From Nocardioides sp. (lineage in GTDB: Bacteria > Actinomycetota > Actinomycetes > Propionibacteriales > Nocardioidaceae): a stretch of 64,000 nt of DNA. Location of the stretch: assembly GCA_041393675.1 (NCBI GenBank), contig JAWKJR010000013.1, positions 13,942-77,941 on the forward strand, read 5' to 3'. Below are positions 31,976-45,016 of the stretch, piece by piece; positions within the stretch are counted from its first letter, which is position 1; every line of letters starts with the position of its first letter. The position numbers were made by a program, and so were the translations under genes. A model generated the notes under the pieces. That model was given only the letters and a program-made list of their open reading frames with translations. It searched no databases and was not told the origin of the DNA.

Positions 31976-33016
31976 ATGACCGACACCTCCGAGCGCGACC
32001 CGTCGCGTGCCGTCACGAAGCACGTCGTGGTCGTCCCCAACAGCGTCGACATGGTCAGCGTGCTGGGTCCCGGCGACGAGCACCTCGACCTGGTCGAGCG
32101 CGCCTTCGACGCCGAGATCCACGTGCGCGGCAACCGGATCACCCTCCGGGGAGAGCCGGGCGAGGTGGCGCTCGCCGAGCGGCTCCTCGACGAGCTGGTC
32201 GCCATCATCCGCACCGGCCAGGGCGTGACCCCGGAGACCGTCGAGCGGGTGGTCGGCATGCTGCGCGCCGAGACCACCGAGCGGCCCGCCGACGTGCTGT
32301 CGCTCAACATCCTCTCCAACCGCGGCCGGACCATCCGGCCCAAGACCCTCAACCAGAAGCGGTACGTCGACTCGATCGACAAGCACACCGTGACCTTCGG
32401 CATCGGCCCGGCCGGCACCGGCAAGACCTACCTGGCCATGGCGAAGGCCGTCCAGGCGCTCCAGGCCAAGCAGGTCACGCGGATCATCCTCACCCGCCCG
32501 GCGGTCGAGGCGGGGGAGCGGCTGGGCTTCCTGCCCGGGACGCTGAGCGAGAAGATCGACCCCTACCTGCGGCCGCTCTACGACGCCCTGCACGACATGA
32601 TCGACCCCGAGTCGATCCCCAAGCTGCTCGCCGCGGGCACCATCGAAGTGGCTCCGCTGGCCTACATGCGCGGGCGCACCCTCAACGACGCCTTCATCAT
32701 CCTCGACGAGGCGCAGAACACGTCGCCGGAGCAGATGAAGATGTTCCTCACCCGGCTGGGCTTCGGCTCCAAGATCGTGGTCACCGGTGACGTCACCCAG
32801 ATCGACCTGCCCGGCGGCACCCGCTCGGGTCTCAAGGTGGTGGCGGAGATCCTGGACGGCGTCGAGGACGTCGTCTTCAACCGGCTCACCTCCCACGACG
32901 TGGTGCGGCACAAGCTGGTCGGGCGCATCGTCGCGGCGTACGACGACTACGACGCTCGCGGCGGCTTCGTGGCGGACCGGGAGCGCTCCTCGGGGCGGCA
33001 GGGCCGCCCGTCGTGA
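31976..33016 (+). CDS. phoH: PhoH family ATPase
   Basis: [47 protein letters not shown]. Confidence 0.96.
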   Translation: MTDTSERDPSRAVTKHVVVVPNSVDMVSVLGPGDEHLDLVERAFDAEIHVRGNRITLRGEPGEVALAERLLDELVAIIRTGQGVTPETVERVVGMLRAETTERPADVLSLNILSNRGRTIRPKTLNQKRYVDSIDKHTVTFGIGPAGTGKTYLAMAKAVQALQAKQVTRIILTRPAVEAGERLGFLPGTLSEKIDPYLRPLYDALHDMIDPESIPKLLAAGTIEVAPLAYMRGRTLNDAFIILDEAQNTSPEQMKMFLTRLGFGSKIVVTGDVTQIDLPGGTRSGLKVVAEILDGVEDVVFNRLTSHDVVRHKLVGRIVAAYDDYDARGGFVADRERSSGRQGRPS

Positions 33017-33477
33017 CCATCGAGGTGCTCGACGAGTCCGGAGCCGGGCTCGACGTGGCCGCTCTCGCGGCGCTCAGCCGGTTCGTCCTGGACCGCATGC
33101 GCGTCCATCCCCAGGCCGAGCTGTGCCTCAAGGCGGTCGACGAGGACACCATCGCCGAGCTCAACACGCGGTGGATGGCCAAGGAGGGCCCGACCGACGT
33201 GCTGGCCTTCCCGATGGACGAGCTGCGCCCCGGCCTGGTCACGGAGGAGCCCGAGGAGGGCATCCTCGGCGACCTGGTGCTGTGTCCGGCGGTGGCCGCT
33301 CGCCAGGCCGAGACGGCCGGCCACCCCGTCGCCGCGGAGATCGAGCTCCTGACCGTGCACGGCATCCTGCACCTGCTCGGCTACGACCACGCCGAGCCCG
33401 CGGAGCACCGGGAGATGTTCGGCCTCCAAGACGAGCTGCTGGCCGCCTGGCGCGGGCGCGGCTCCGCCGAGTCGTGA
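33013..33477 (+). CDS. ybeY: rRNA maturation RNase YbeY
   Basis: [19 protein letters not shown]. Confidence 0.96.
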   Translation: MTIEVLDESGAGLDVAALAALSRFVLDRMRVHPQAELCLKAVDEDTIAELNTRWMAKEGPTDVLAFPMDELRPGLVTEEPEEGILGDLVLCPAVAARQAETAGHPVAAEIELLTVHGILHLLGYDHAEPAEHREMFGLQDELLAAWRGRGSAES

Positions 33478-33508
33478 CCGCGTCGTCGAGGCCGGTGAGA
33501 CACCCACG

Positions 33509-34816
33509 ATGACTCCGAGTGACATCTGGCAGCTGGTGTGGGCGGGCGTGCTCGTCCTCGTCGCGGGGCTGTTCTCGGCCGCGGACGCCGCGCTGTCGTC
33601 GTTCTCCCGCGCCCGGGCCGAGGACCTCGCCGACGCCGGGCGCACGGGCAGCGCCCGGCTCGTCCGGCTGCTGGGCGACTCGCCCCGCTACCTCAACACC
33701 GCGCTCTTCCTGCGGCTGCTGTGCGAGATCGCGGCCATCGTGCTCGTGGGGCTGGTCGTCTACGAGTCGCTGGGCGGACGCCGGCTGATGACATCGGTGG
33801 TGACCGTCGCCGTGATGGTGGTCGTGTCGTTCGTCGTGATCGGCGTGGCGCCGCGCACCCTGGGCCGCCAGCACGACGAGGCCGTCGCCCTCGCCGCGGC
33901 GGGACCGCTCACCGCCGTCACCACCATCCTCGGACCGCTGCCCAGGCTGCTGATCCTCCTCGGCAACGCCATCACGCCGGGTCGCGGCTTCCGCGAGGGA
34001 CCGTTCTCCACCGAGGTCGAGCTGCGCGAGATGGTCGACCTCGCGGAGGCCTCCGCCGTGATCGAGGAGGGCGAGCGGAAGATGATCCACTCAGTCTTCG
34101 AGCTCGGCGACACGGTCGCCCGCGAGGTCATGGTGCCCAACACCGACGTCGTCTACATCGAGCGACACAAGAACCTGCGCCAGACGCTTTCGCTGTTCCT
34201 GCGCAGCGGCTTCTCCAGGCTCCCCGTGATAGGCGAGAGCCTCGACGACGTCCTGGGCTTCGTCTACCTCAAGGACGTCGTCCGCCGGGACTTCGAGGCG
34301 CCCACCGTCGAGACGACGCAGCGCGTGGACGAGATCATGCGCGAGGCGTACTTCGTGCCCGACTCCAAGCCGGTGGACGAGCTGCTCTCGGACATGCAGG
34401 CCAAGCGCCAGCACGTCGCCGTCGTCGTCGACGAGTACGGCGGCACCGCCGGCCTGATCACGATCGAGGACATCCTCGAGGAGATCGTCGGGGAGATCAC
34501 CGACGAGTACGACCAGGACGAGGTCGAGGTGGAGGCGCTGCCTGACGGGGTGTTCCGGGTGCCGTCACGATGGTCCGTCGACGACCTGGACGACGTCGTC
34601 GGCGTCGAGGTCGCGGACGAGGACGTCGACAGCGTGCTGGGGCTGATGGCCAAGCACCTGGGCAAGGTGCCGATCCCCGGCTCGGTCGTGGAGGTCGACG
34701 GGCTGCGCTTCGTCGCGGAGGAGGCCACGGGGCGCCGCAACCGGATCGAGACCGTGCTGGTGAGCCGCCCGCCCGAGCCGGCCGAGGGCGACGACTACGC
34801 TGACGACCATGACTGA
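33509..34816 (+). CDS. HlyC/CorC (CNNM) family protein with CBS pair
   Basis: N-terminal TMs, AREVMVP, GFSRLPV, VVDEYGGTAGLITIEDILEEIVGEITDEYD. Confidence 0.92.
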   Translation: MTPSDIWQLVWAGVLVLVAGLFSAADAALSSFSRARAEDLADAGRTGSARLVRLLGDSPRYLNTALFLRLLCEIAAIVLVGLVVYESLGGRRLMTSVVTVAVMVVVSFVVIGVAPRTLGRQHDEAVALAAAGPLTAVTTILGPLPRLLILLGNAITPGRGFREGPFSTEVELREMVDLAEASAVIEEGERKMIHSVFELGDTVAREVMVPNTDVVYIERHKNLRQTLSLFLRSGFSRLPVIGESLDDVLGFVYLKDVVRRDFEAPTVETTQRVDEIMREAYFVPDSKPVDELLSDMQAKRQHVAVVVDEYGGTAGLITIEDILEEIVGEITDEYDQDEVEVEALPDGVFRVPSRWSVDDLDDVVGVEVADEDVDSVLGLMAKHLGKVPIPGSVVEVDGLRFVAEEATGRRNRIETVLVSRPPEPAEGDDYADDHD

Positions 34817-35159
34817 CCTGGGGGCTCTCCGCCGAGGACGCCAAGCTCGTGACGCTGGCGCGGGCCACGCGGGCGCGGGTCGGTGCCGACCAGGGGGCCG
34901 CGCTGCGCGACACCGACGGCCGGACCTATGCAGCGGCCACCGTCGACCTGCCGTCGCTGCGGCTCTCGGCGCTCCAGGTGTGTGTCGCGATGGCGGTCGC
35001 GTCCGGATCCCGTGGCGCGGAGGCGGCCGTCGTCCTGACCGAGGCCGACACCGTGGCGGAGGCGGACCTGCGGGTGCTGGGGGAGTTCGGGGGCCGGGGC
35101 TGCCGGTCTACCAGGCCGATCCGCGGGGAGTGGTGGCGGCCACCCACGCGTCCGCGTAG
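34809..35159 (+). CDS. Cytidine deaminase-like protein (indels)
   Basis: AEDAKLVTLARATRAR, GAALRDTDGRTYAAA, LSALQVCVAMAVASG; usual position after hlyC. Confidence 0.75.
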   Translation: MTDLGALRRGRQARDAGAGHAGAGRCRPGGRAARHRRPDLCSGHRRPAVAAALGAPGVCRDGGRVRIPWRGGGRRPDRGRHRGGGGPAGAGGVRGPGLPVYQADPRGVVAATHASA

Positions 35160-35200
35160 CCGGTTCCGCTCCCTCGATCGCCACCTCGATCCGCCTGGCG

Positions 35201-35530
35201 TCAGGCGGACTCGCTGGCCAGCCGGGTGCGGACCGCGGGCGCGAAGGGGCTCCAGGCGAACCACGTGGGGAGGGCGCGGGTCAGCCGGGCCGACCCGGTG
35301 ACCGACAGGGCCTGCGAGGTCACCGCCTCGCGGCAGCTCGTGATGCCCGCGAACACCCGCATCAGGCTCACCGGGTCGGTCGTGACCGTGAGGTCGACCT
35401 CGAAGCCCGGAGGGTCGGTGCAGACCGAGGTCTCACGTCGCTCGAACACCATCCAGATCCGGGCCGGCTCCCGCCGACGTACTCGAACTGGATGACCGTC
35501 CGGTCGTCGGGCAAAGCGTCGGCGACGATC
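35201..35530 (-). pseudogene. C-terminal remnant of an HxlR-type regulator
   Basis: IVADALPDDRTVIQFEY...WMVFERRETSVCTDPPGFEVDL...LPTWFAWSPFA; no HTH, no start. Confidence 0.65.
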
Positions 35531-35531
35531 C

Positions 35532-35678
35532 GCCCTCCACCAGATGTTGTCGGGGGTCGAGGCAGGTGCAGCGGCCGACGCCTGGCGCCAGATCGAAGCG
35601 GCGCTGGCCGAGTACGACGGACCAGGCGGCTTCACGGGGCCGTGCGAGATGCTGGTGGTCTCGGGCACCCGACCCTGA
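35532..35678 (+). pseudogene. C-terminal remnant of a class I SAM methyltransferase
   Basis: ALHQMLSGVEAGAAADAWRQIEAALAEYDGPGGFTGPCEMLVVSGTRP-stop, no N-terminal part. Confidence 0.55.
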
Positions 35679-35760
35679 GCCAGCCCGCCGCCGGTGACGG
35701 GATCGGCACGCCACGACACTGGCCCTTGGCGGGAATCCCGGGAGCGGGCAAGGTAGGACC

Positions 35761-37185
35761 GTGGCATTGGTGGGCTGGGGCGCGCACGAGCGCGCCGTCG
35801 AGCGGCTGCGGGCGTCGTACGCCGCGATCCCGGCCGGTGCGCCGGTCCGGCTGGCGAAGCGGACCTCCAACCTGTTCCGCCCACGGGTGGGCACGGACGC
35901 TCCCGGCCTGGACGTGTCGGGGCTGGGCGGGGTCATCGCCGTCGACCTCGTGCACCGGACCGCCGAGGTGCAGGGCATGTGCACCTACGAGGCCCTGGTG
36001 GACGCGACCCTCCCGCTCGGGCTGATCCCGCTGGTCGTGCCGCAGCTGCGGACGATCACCCTTGGCGGCGCGGTCACCGGGCTGGGCATCGAGTCCACGA
36101 GCTTCCGCAACGGGCTGCCGCACGAGTCGGTGCTCGAGATGGACGTGTTCACCGGCGCGGGCGACGTCGTGACCGCCACTCCCGACAACGAGCACGCCGA
36201 TCTCTTCCACACCTTCCCCAACTCCTACGGCTCGCTCGGCTACGCCACCCGGCTGCGGATCGAGCTGGAGCCGATCGGGCCGTACGTCGAGCTGCGCCAC
36301 GTGCCGTTCGACGACGCGGGCCTGCTCGCGAAGGCGGTCGCCGAGATCACCGAGACCCGGGAGTGGGAGGGCCTGCGCGTCGACGGGCTGGACGGGGTGT
36401 CGTTCGAGCCGGGCGACCTCTACCTGACGCTGGCGACCTGGGCCGACGCCCCTGGGGCCTCGGGGATCGTGCCGGCGGGCACCGGGGCCAGCGACTATAC
36501 CGGGGAGCAGATCTACTACCGGTCCATCGCCGAGCGGTCCACCGACCTGCTGACCGGCTATGACTACCTGTGGCGTTGGGACACCGACTGGTTCTGGTGC
36601 TCGGGGGCCTTCGGCGCCCAGCACCCGGTCGTGCGACGGCTGTGGCCGCGGCGCTGGCGACGGTCGGACGTCTACTACAAGCTGGTCGGCCTCGACATCC
36701 GCTTCGGCGTGATGGACCGGCTGGACCGTCGCGCCGGTCGACCCCGGCGTGAGCGCGTGATCCAGGACGTCGAGGTGCCGGTCGACCGGCTGGCGGAGTT
36801 CCTCACCTGGTTCGACGAGGAGGTCGGCATGCGGCCGGTCTGGCTGTGCCCGCTGCGGCTGCGCGAGTGGGCCGGCGCCGCGACGCTGCCGGGGCAGCGA
36901 CCCTGGCCGTCGTATCCGCTGGAGACGGGCACGACCTACGTCAACGTGGGCTTCTGGGGCACCGTGCACGTGGGCCCGGAGGCGCCGGCTGCGCCGCGCA
37001 ACCGCGCGGTCGAGGCCAAGGTCGCCGAGCTGGGCGGGCACAAGTCGCTGTACTCGGAGGCCTTCTACGACCGGGCGACCTTCGACCGGCTCTACGACGG
37101 TGACAACCTGGCGGCAGTGAAGGGCCGCTACGACCCGGACGGCCGGCTCACCGGCCTCTATGAGAAAGCAGTGGGACGACGATGA
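35761..37185 (+). CDS. FAD-binding oxidoreductase (BfaA/TmsA-like 10-methylene fatty acid reductase)
   Basis: RLAKRTSNLFR, VVPQLRTITLGGAVTGLGIESTS, PNSYGSLGY, WRWDTDWFWCS, HKSLYS; coupled to cfa. Confidence 0.85.
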   Translation: MALVGWGAHERAVERLRASYAAIPAGAPVRLAKRTSNLFRPRVGTDAPGLDVSGLGGVIAVDLVHRTAEVQGMCTYEALVDATLPLGLIPLVVPQLRTITLGGAVTGLGIESTSFRNGLPHESVLEMDVFTGAGDVVTATPDNEHADLFHTFPNSYGSLGYATRLRIELEPIGPYVELRHVPFDDAGLLAKAVAEITETREWEGLRVDGLDGVSFEPGDLYLTLATWADAPGASGIVPAGTGASDYTGEQIYYRSIAERSTDLLTGYDYLWRWDTDWFWCSGAFGAQHPVVRRLWPRRWRRSDVYYKLVGLDIRFGVMDRLDRRAGRPRRERVIQDVEVPVDRLAEFLTWFDEEVGMRPVWLCPLRLREWAGAATLPGQRPWPSYPLETGTTYVNVGFWGTVHVGPEAPAAPRNRAVEAKVAELGGHKSLYSEAFYDRATFDRLYDGDNLAAVKGRYDPDGRLTGLYEKAVGRR

Positions 37186-38461
37186 GCAGCACCACCGCCC
37201 CCAGGTCCATCAGCAGCGCCATCGAGTCGATGGCCGTCGGGGCCTGCCTGTGCGCTTCGAGGCCTACGACGGCAGCAGTGCCGGCCCGGCCGACTCCGGC
37301 ATCGTGCTGCGGCTGCTGACCGAGCGAGGGCTTGCCTACCTGCTGACCTCGCCCGGCGACCTGCGGCTGGCCCGGGCCTACGTCACCGGCGACCTGGTCA
37401 TCGATGGGGTGCACCCCGGGAACCCCTATGACGCGCTCGTCGCGCTGCTGGACCGGTTGCAGTTCCGCAGGCCCGGACCGGGCGAGGCGGTGGCGCTGCT
37501 GCGCTCCCTCGGCGTGGCGAACCTCCGGCCGCCGCCGCCACCGGAGGAGGAGCGGCTGCCCCGGTGGCGGCGTACCGTCGAGGGGCTGCGCCACTCCATG
37601 AAGCGCGACGCAGCGGCCATCGCTCACCACTACGACGTGTCCAACCGCTTCTACGAACTGGTGCTTGGGCCGTCGATGACCTACACCTGCGCGGTGTTCG
37701 AGACGGCGGACACCAGCCTCGAGGACGCCCAGCATGAGAAGTACGACCTGGTCTGCCGCAAGCTCGACCTGAGGCCGGGCCAGCGGCTGCTCGATGTGGG
37801 CTGCGGGTGGGGCGGGATGGTCCGGCACGCGGCCAAGGAGTACGGCGTCAAGGCGCTCGGCGTCACCTTGTCGCTTCAGCAGGCCCAGTGGGCGAAGGAG
37901 GCGATCGACCGGGACGGTCTCGGCGACCTGGCGGAGGTGCGGCACTCCGACTACCGCGACGTGGTGGAGTCGGGTTTCGACGCCGTCAGCTCGATCGGGC
38001 TCACCGAGCACATCGGGGTGCGGCGCTACCCGGCGTACTTCGGCTTCCTGTACGACCGGCTGCGTCCTGAGGGTCGGCTGCTGAACCACTGCATCACCCG
38101 GCCCCACAACAAGCATCAGGAGACCGGCTACTTCATCGACCGCTACGTCTTCCCCGACGGGGAGCTCACCGGCTCGGGGAAGATCATCTCGGGAGCCCAG
38201 GACGCCGGCTTCGAGGTGATGCACGAGGAGAACATCCGGCGCCACTACGCGCTCACCCTCGCCGGCTGGTGCCGGAACCTGGTTGAGCACTGGGACGAGT
38301 GCGTCGCCGAGGTCGGTGAGCCGACGGCGCGGGTCTGGGGCCTGTACATGGCCGGGTCGCGCGTCGGCTTCGAGCGCAACACCATCCAGCTGCACCACGT
38401 GCTCGCGACGAAGACGACCGAGAACGGCGCTGACGGCTTCCCCCTCCGCCCTCGCTGGTAG
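37182..38461 (+). CDS. cfa: Cfa-family fatty acid methyltransferase (BfaB/TmsB-like; 5' indel)
   Basis: HHYDVSNRFY, MTYTCA, LLDVGCGWG, SIGLTEHIG, FIDRYVFPDG, HYALTL. Confidence 0.88.
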
Positions 38462-38504
38462 CGACCGGCGGGGCCGGCCGAAGCCGGTCGGTAGCCTTGG
38501 GCCG

Positions 38505-39308
38505 GTGAGCAGTCGGGCCGAGCAGTACGTCGCGCGGGTGGTGCGGCGTACCCACGTGGCGCCACACCTGGTGCGGCTGACCCTGGGGGGAGCGGGACTG
38601 GCCGGGTTCGCCAGCACGGGCATCGCCGACGAGTGGGTCGGGCTGGTGGTGCCGGGACAGTTCCAGAGCCGGTACTACACCGTCCGGCGGTGGTCTGCCG
38701 GCGAGCTCGAGCTGGACGTCGTCGTGCATGACGAGGGCCTGGTGACCGCCTGGGCCGCGCGCGACTGCGTGGGCGACGACGTCACGGTGACCGCCCCGCG
38801 GGGCTCCTTCGACCCGCCGCCCGGAGCCGGCTGGCTGCTGCTGGTCGGCGACCTGACCGCGCTGCCGGCCATGGCCAGGATCGCCGAGACCACCAGCCTC
38901 CCGACCCGGGTCTGGGCTGAGGTTCCTGACGACCCCGCCGAGCTCGCCGGCTACCTGCCCGAGCGCGTCGAGGTGACCTGGCTCCCGCCGTCGGGCCCGG
39001 GCGCCAGCGACCTCGCCGGCGCAGTCGCGGCGATCGACTGGCCACCGGGCGAGGGCTACCTCTGGATGGCCGGGGAGTCCGGGCAGATGCGGGCCGTGCG
39101 CAAGCACCTGAGACATGACCGGCGACTGCCGAGCACGCAGTACGACGTGATGGGCTACTGGCGGGTGGCCACGCGCCGACCGCGCGCCGTCGACCCGCAG
39201 CCGATCTGGCGGGCCGGTCTTGACGCCGGTCTGACCGACGAGCAGATCTGGGCGGCGTACGACCGGGCCCAGGACGCGGCCGACCGTCCCGCTCAGGGCC
39301 CCAGATGA
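38505..39308 (+). CDS. Siderophore-interacting protein (FAD-binding)
   Basis: RLTLGG, SRYYTVR, LVGDLTALPA, WMAGES, MGYW. Confidence 0.88.
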   Translation: MSSRAEQYVARVVRRTHVAPHLVRLTLGGAGLAGFASTGIADEWVGLVVPGQFQSRYYTVRRWSAGELELDVVVHDEGLVTAWAARDCVGDDVTVTAPRGSFDPPPGAGWLLLVGDLTALPAMARIAETTSLPTRVWAEVPDDPAELAGYLPERVEVTWLPPSGPGASDLAGAVAAIDWPPGEGYLWMAGESGQMRAVRKHLRHDRRLPSTQYDVMGYWRVATRRPRAVDPQPIWRAGLDAGLTDEQIWAAYDRAQDAADRPAQGPR

Positions 39309-40222
39309 GTGAGTTCCGCAGCGGCTTCGCGTCGTTCGTCGGCCGGCCCAACGCCGGCAAGTCCACGCTCACCAACGCGCTGGTCGGGCGCAAGGTGGTC
39401 ATCACCAGCTCTCGTCCCCAGACCACGCGCACGGTCGTCCGGGGGATCGTGCACCGCCCGGACGGGCAGCTGATCCTGGTCGACACGCCGGGGCTGCACC
39501 GGCCCCGCACCCTGCTCGGCGAGCGGCTCAACGACCTGGTGCGCTCCACCTGGGCCGAGGTCGACGTGGTCGCCGTGTGCTTTCCCGCGAACGAGCGGAT
39601 CGGCCCGGGTGACCGGTTCATCGTCGGCGAGCTGGCCAAGGTGCGCCGGACGCCCAAGATCGCGGTGGCCACCAAGACCGACTTGGTGTCCTCCGCGCAG
39701 CTGGCCCAGCACCTGCAGGACATCGCCACCCTGGGCGAGGAGACCGACACGGCCTGGCAGGAGGTGGTGCCGGTCTCGGCGGCCTCCGGGGACCAGGTCG
39801 GGCTGCTGGCCGATCTGCTGCTGGCGATGATGCCAGAGGGGCCGCAGCTCTACCCCGACGGAGACCTCACCGACGCCCCCGAGGAGGTGCTCGTGGCCGA
39901 GCTGGTGCGCGAGGCCGCGCTGGAGGGGGTGCACGACGAGCTCCCGCACTCGATCGCGGTGGTCGTCGACGAGATGGGGCTTCGCGAGGGGCGCCCCGAC
40001 GACGACCCGGTGCTCGACATCTACGCGAGTCTCTTCGTCGAGCGCGACTCCCAGAAGGGCATCGTGATCGGCCGGCAGGGGGCCCGGCTGAAGGAGGTGC
40101 GCCGGCGGGCCCGGCGGCAGATCGAGGCGCTGCTCGGCACCCCCGTCCACCTGGACCTGCACGTCAAGGTCGCCAAGGACTGGCAGCGCGACCCCCGGCA
40201 GCTGCGCAAGCTCGGCTTCTGA
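39305..40222 (+). CDS. era: GTPase Era
   Basis: GRPNAGKST, PQTTR, DTPG, TKTD, VERDSQKGIVIG. Confidence 0.97.
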   Translation: MSEFRSGFASFVGRPNAGKSTLTNALVGRKVVITSSRPQTTRTVVRGIVHRPDGQLILVDTPGLHRPRTLLGERLNDLVRSTWAEVDVVAVCFPANERIGPGDRFIVGELAKVRRTPKIAVATKTDLVSSAQLAQHLQDIATLGEETDTAWQEVVPVSAASGDQVGLLADLLLAMMPEGPQLYPDGDLTDAPEEVLVAELVREAALEGVHDELPHSIAVVVDEMGLREGRPDDDPVLDIYASLFVERDSQKGIVIGRQGARLKEVRRRARRQIEALLGTPVHLDLHVKVAKDWQRDPRQLRKLGF

Positions 40223-40232
40223 GGGGGCCGGG

Positions 40233-41109
40233 TCAGCCGGGCGCCCAGCACAGACCGTAGGCCTGCCCGGCCGCCCACTGGGCCCGGGTCGGCCAGTCGT
40301 AGCCCCACCGATAGGTGAGCGGGTCGGCCGCGATCGCGCGCCCTCCTCCTGACAGCGGGCCTCCGCGACGGCGCGCACGGCATCCGCGCCGGGGTAGCCG
40401 AGCTGCTTCGGGCCGATGCCGGCGACGTCGTACGACGCGATCGCGCGCCAGCTGTGCGGCTGGGAGCACAGGACGCGGCGGAAGCGGGGCGCCCCCGGCT
40501 CGGTGGTGCCGCACACGGCGTACCGGTCGCGGTCGCCGGGCCGGGCGAGCACTCCCGCCAGCGGCCGACCCAGGCGGGCCAGCGAGCCCTGGGCGCCCAC
40601 GGCGACGACGTCGCAGCGGAACCAGCTCTCCCCCTGGTCGGACTGCTCCAGCGACGGGGAGAACCACACCGCCCGCAGGGTGCTGAGCCGCCGGTCCTCC
40701 TCGGTGCCGTCCAGGAACGCGGCCAGCCGGCCTGGGCAGGCCCGCGCCACCTGCGCCTGGACGCGGCGGGCGTCGACGGCCAGCAGGTGCCCGTCGACGA
40801 CGGTGGCCAACCGGCCCACGTAGAACGTCGCGGCAGTGTGCGGCCGCGCGCACGGGACCGGGTCGACGTCGGTGGTGGGCATCAGCGCCTGCTCGGCCGT
40901 GAGCGGGTAGCACCCGCGCGCGGGGGCTGGGCGGGGGCCGTCGCCCGTGGGGGTCGCGGTGCCTGCTCCGGGCTGGGGGACACCGAGTGGGTGGGGGCCG
41001 TCTGGCCGGAACCCGCGCTGCACCCGGCCAGGCCGCCCACGACGACCGTGAGCGCGGCGAGGGCGGGCGCCAGTCGTCGCCACGTCGAGGAGCGGACCGG
41101 ACGGCTCAC
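40233..41109 (-). CDS. Septum_form family lipoprotein (indels)
   Basis: LAGC, VPCARPHTAAT, WFSPS, WFRCDVV, VLCSQPHSWRA, PTRAQWAAG...CW. Confidence 0.75.
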
Positions 41110-41984
41110 AGCTTCGTCCTCGCCCAGCACACCGACCGACGGTTGCCAGCCTTCCACTCGGCCTCGTGGAACCAGGTGTAGGCGAAGTCGTAGTCGACGG
41201 GGTAGTTCAGCCATACCCCTACCGAGGTCGAGCAGAAGTCGCGCGTGCGCACCTCGACGACCCGGTCACCCGGGTAGGGGTCGCCCGGCTCGCCCAGCTT
41301 GATCGTGGTCACCGCGCGCCAGGTGTGCCGCTGCGAGCACGGGACCTTCACCGCGCCACTCACCGTCTGGCCGCGGGCGCACACCAGCCAGCGGTCGTCA
41401 GGACGCCCCTGCAGCACGTTGTCCAGGGTGGGCGGCAGGTCGACGAACTCGCGGCTCTGGTCGGTGCCGCCCACCACGTCGCAGCGGAACCAGCGGGCGC
41501 CTTCCTTCCAGGCGGCCTCGGACGGACGGAACCACGCCCAGTTGAGGACCGTGCGCAACGCGGTGCTGTCGTCGGCGCCCAGCCGGGAGCGGAACTCGGC
41601 GCTGCAGGCGGTGTAGGCGTGCGCGCCGAGCCCGGGGTCGTCGTACGCCGCGTCGGCGAGCTCCGCCGGGAAGTCGGCCACGAGGATCGTCTGTGCCGTG
41701 TGTGCCTGGGAGCAGTCCACGGTGGCCGTCGCGTTGCTGGGCTGCGCGACGTCGGGCGGCGTGAGCACTCGACATGCCTCGACCTGGGGAGCGTCCGTGG
41801 CGTCGACCTGCTCCGGGTCGACGTTGCTGCCCTGCGACTGGCTGGAGCAGGCACCGGCGAGCAGGGCCAGCACGAGCAGCGGGGCGGCGACGCGAGCGGT
41901 CGCGACGGACGGCAACGCGCACCCCCTCGGTCGGGCCCACCCGGCCCCGACACCGGGCGGCTCAGGCCTGCGGGGGACCGGCAC
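41106..41984 (-). CDS. Septum_form family lipoprotein
   Basis: LAGAC, VDCSQAHTAQT, WFRPSEAAWKEGARWFRCDV, VPCSQRHTW, EWKAGNRRSVCW. Confidence 0.8.
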   Translation of the reverse strand: MPVPRRPEPPGVGAGWARPRGCALPSVATARVAAPLLVLALLAGACSSQSQGSNVDPEQVDATDAPQVEACRVLTPPDVAQPSNATATVDCSQAHTAQTILVADFPAELADAAYDDPGLGAHAYTACSAEFRSRLGADDSTALRTVLNWAWFRPSEAAWKEGARWFRCDVVGGTDQSREFVDLPPTLDNVLQGRPDDRWLVCARGQTVSGAVKVPCSQRHTWRAVTTIKLGEPGDPYPGDRVVEVRTRDFCSTSVGVWLNYPVDYDFAYTWFHEAEWKAGNRRSVCWARTKL

Positions 41985-41987
41985 CGC

Positions 41988-42479
41988 TCACTCGGAGAGC
42001 AGTGCCGCGATCGTACCGCCCAGCTCGTAGGCCGCCCGTCGTTCCGGCTCCCCGACGTCCCCCACCAGCTCCAGGGCGGGCGTGGCCTGCTGCCAGGGCA
42101 GTGCGCCGGCTATGGCCAGCACCGAACGCACCGCCCCCGCGGTGTCGTACCTGCCGTGGACGTAAACCCCGAAGGGCAGCCGGCCCCCGGCCCCACCGGC
42201 CGCCGGGGTCCCGTCCGGCGCGAGGGCGCCCCCGACCCGGTGGAAGGTGCTGTCGAAGAAGTGCTTGAGCGCCCCCGACATGTAGCCGAAGTTGGCCGTC
42301 GTCCCCAACACCAGCCCCTGTGCGGCCAGCACGTCCTCCGCCGTCGCCTCCAGGGCAGCCCGGACCACCACCTCGACACCGGTGATGAGCTCGTCGTGGG
42401 CGCCGGCGACGACCGAGTCGGTCAGCGCGCGGGTCCCTGTGGTGGGGGAGTGGTGCACGACCAGCAGCCGGCGGGGCAT
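41988..42479 (-). CDS. Flavodoxin family protein
   Basis: LLVVHHSPTTGT, LGTTANFGYMSGALKHFFD. Confidence 0.85.
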   Translation of the reverse strand: MPRRLLVVHHSPTTGTRALTDSVVAGAHDELITGVEVVVRAALEATAEDVLAAQGLVLGTTANFGYMSGALKHFFDSTFHRVGGALAPDGTPAAGGAGGRLPFGVYVHGRYDTAGAVRSVLAIAGALPWQQATPALELVGDVGEPERRAAYELGGTIAALLSE

Positions 42480-42565
42480 GTCTTCATGGTGCCGCACGGC
42501 GTCCGGGGATAAGGTGCCGCTCAGACCCGACGACGCGGGTCGGCACGTCCAGGAACGGGGAAACC

Positions 42566-44977
<2,412 letters not shown>

Positions 44978-45016
44978 TGCCGGTGGCCGCGGCCCGGTCG
45001 GGCTACGCTCCCGGGC

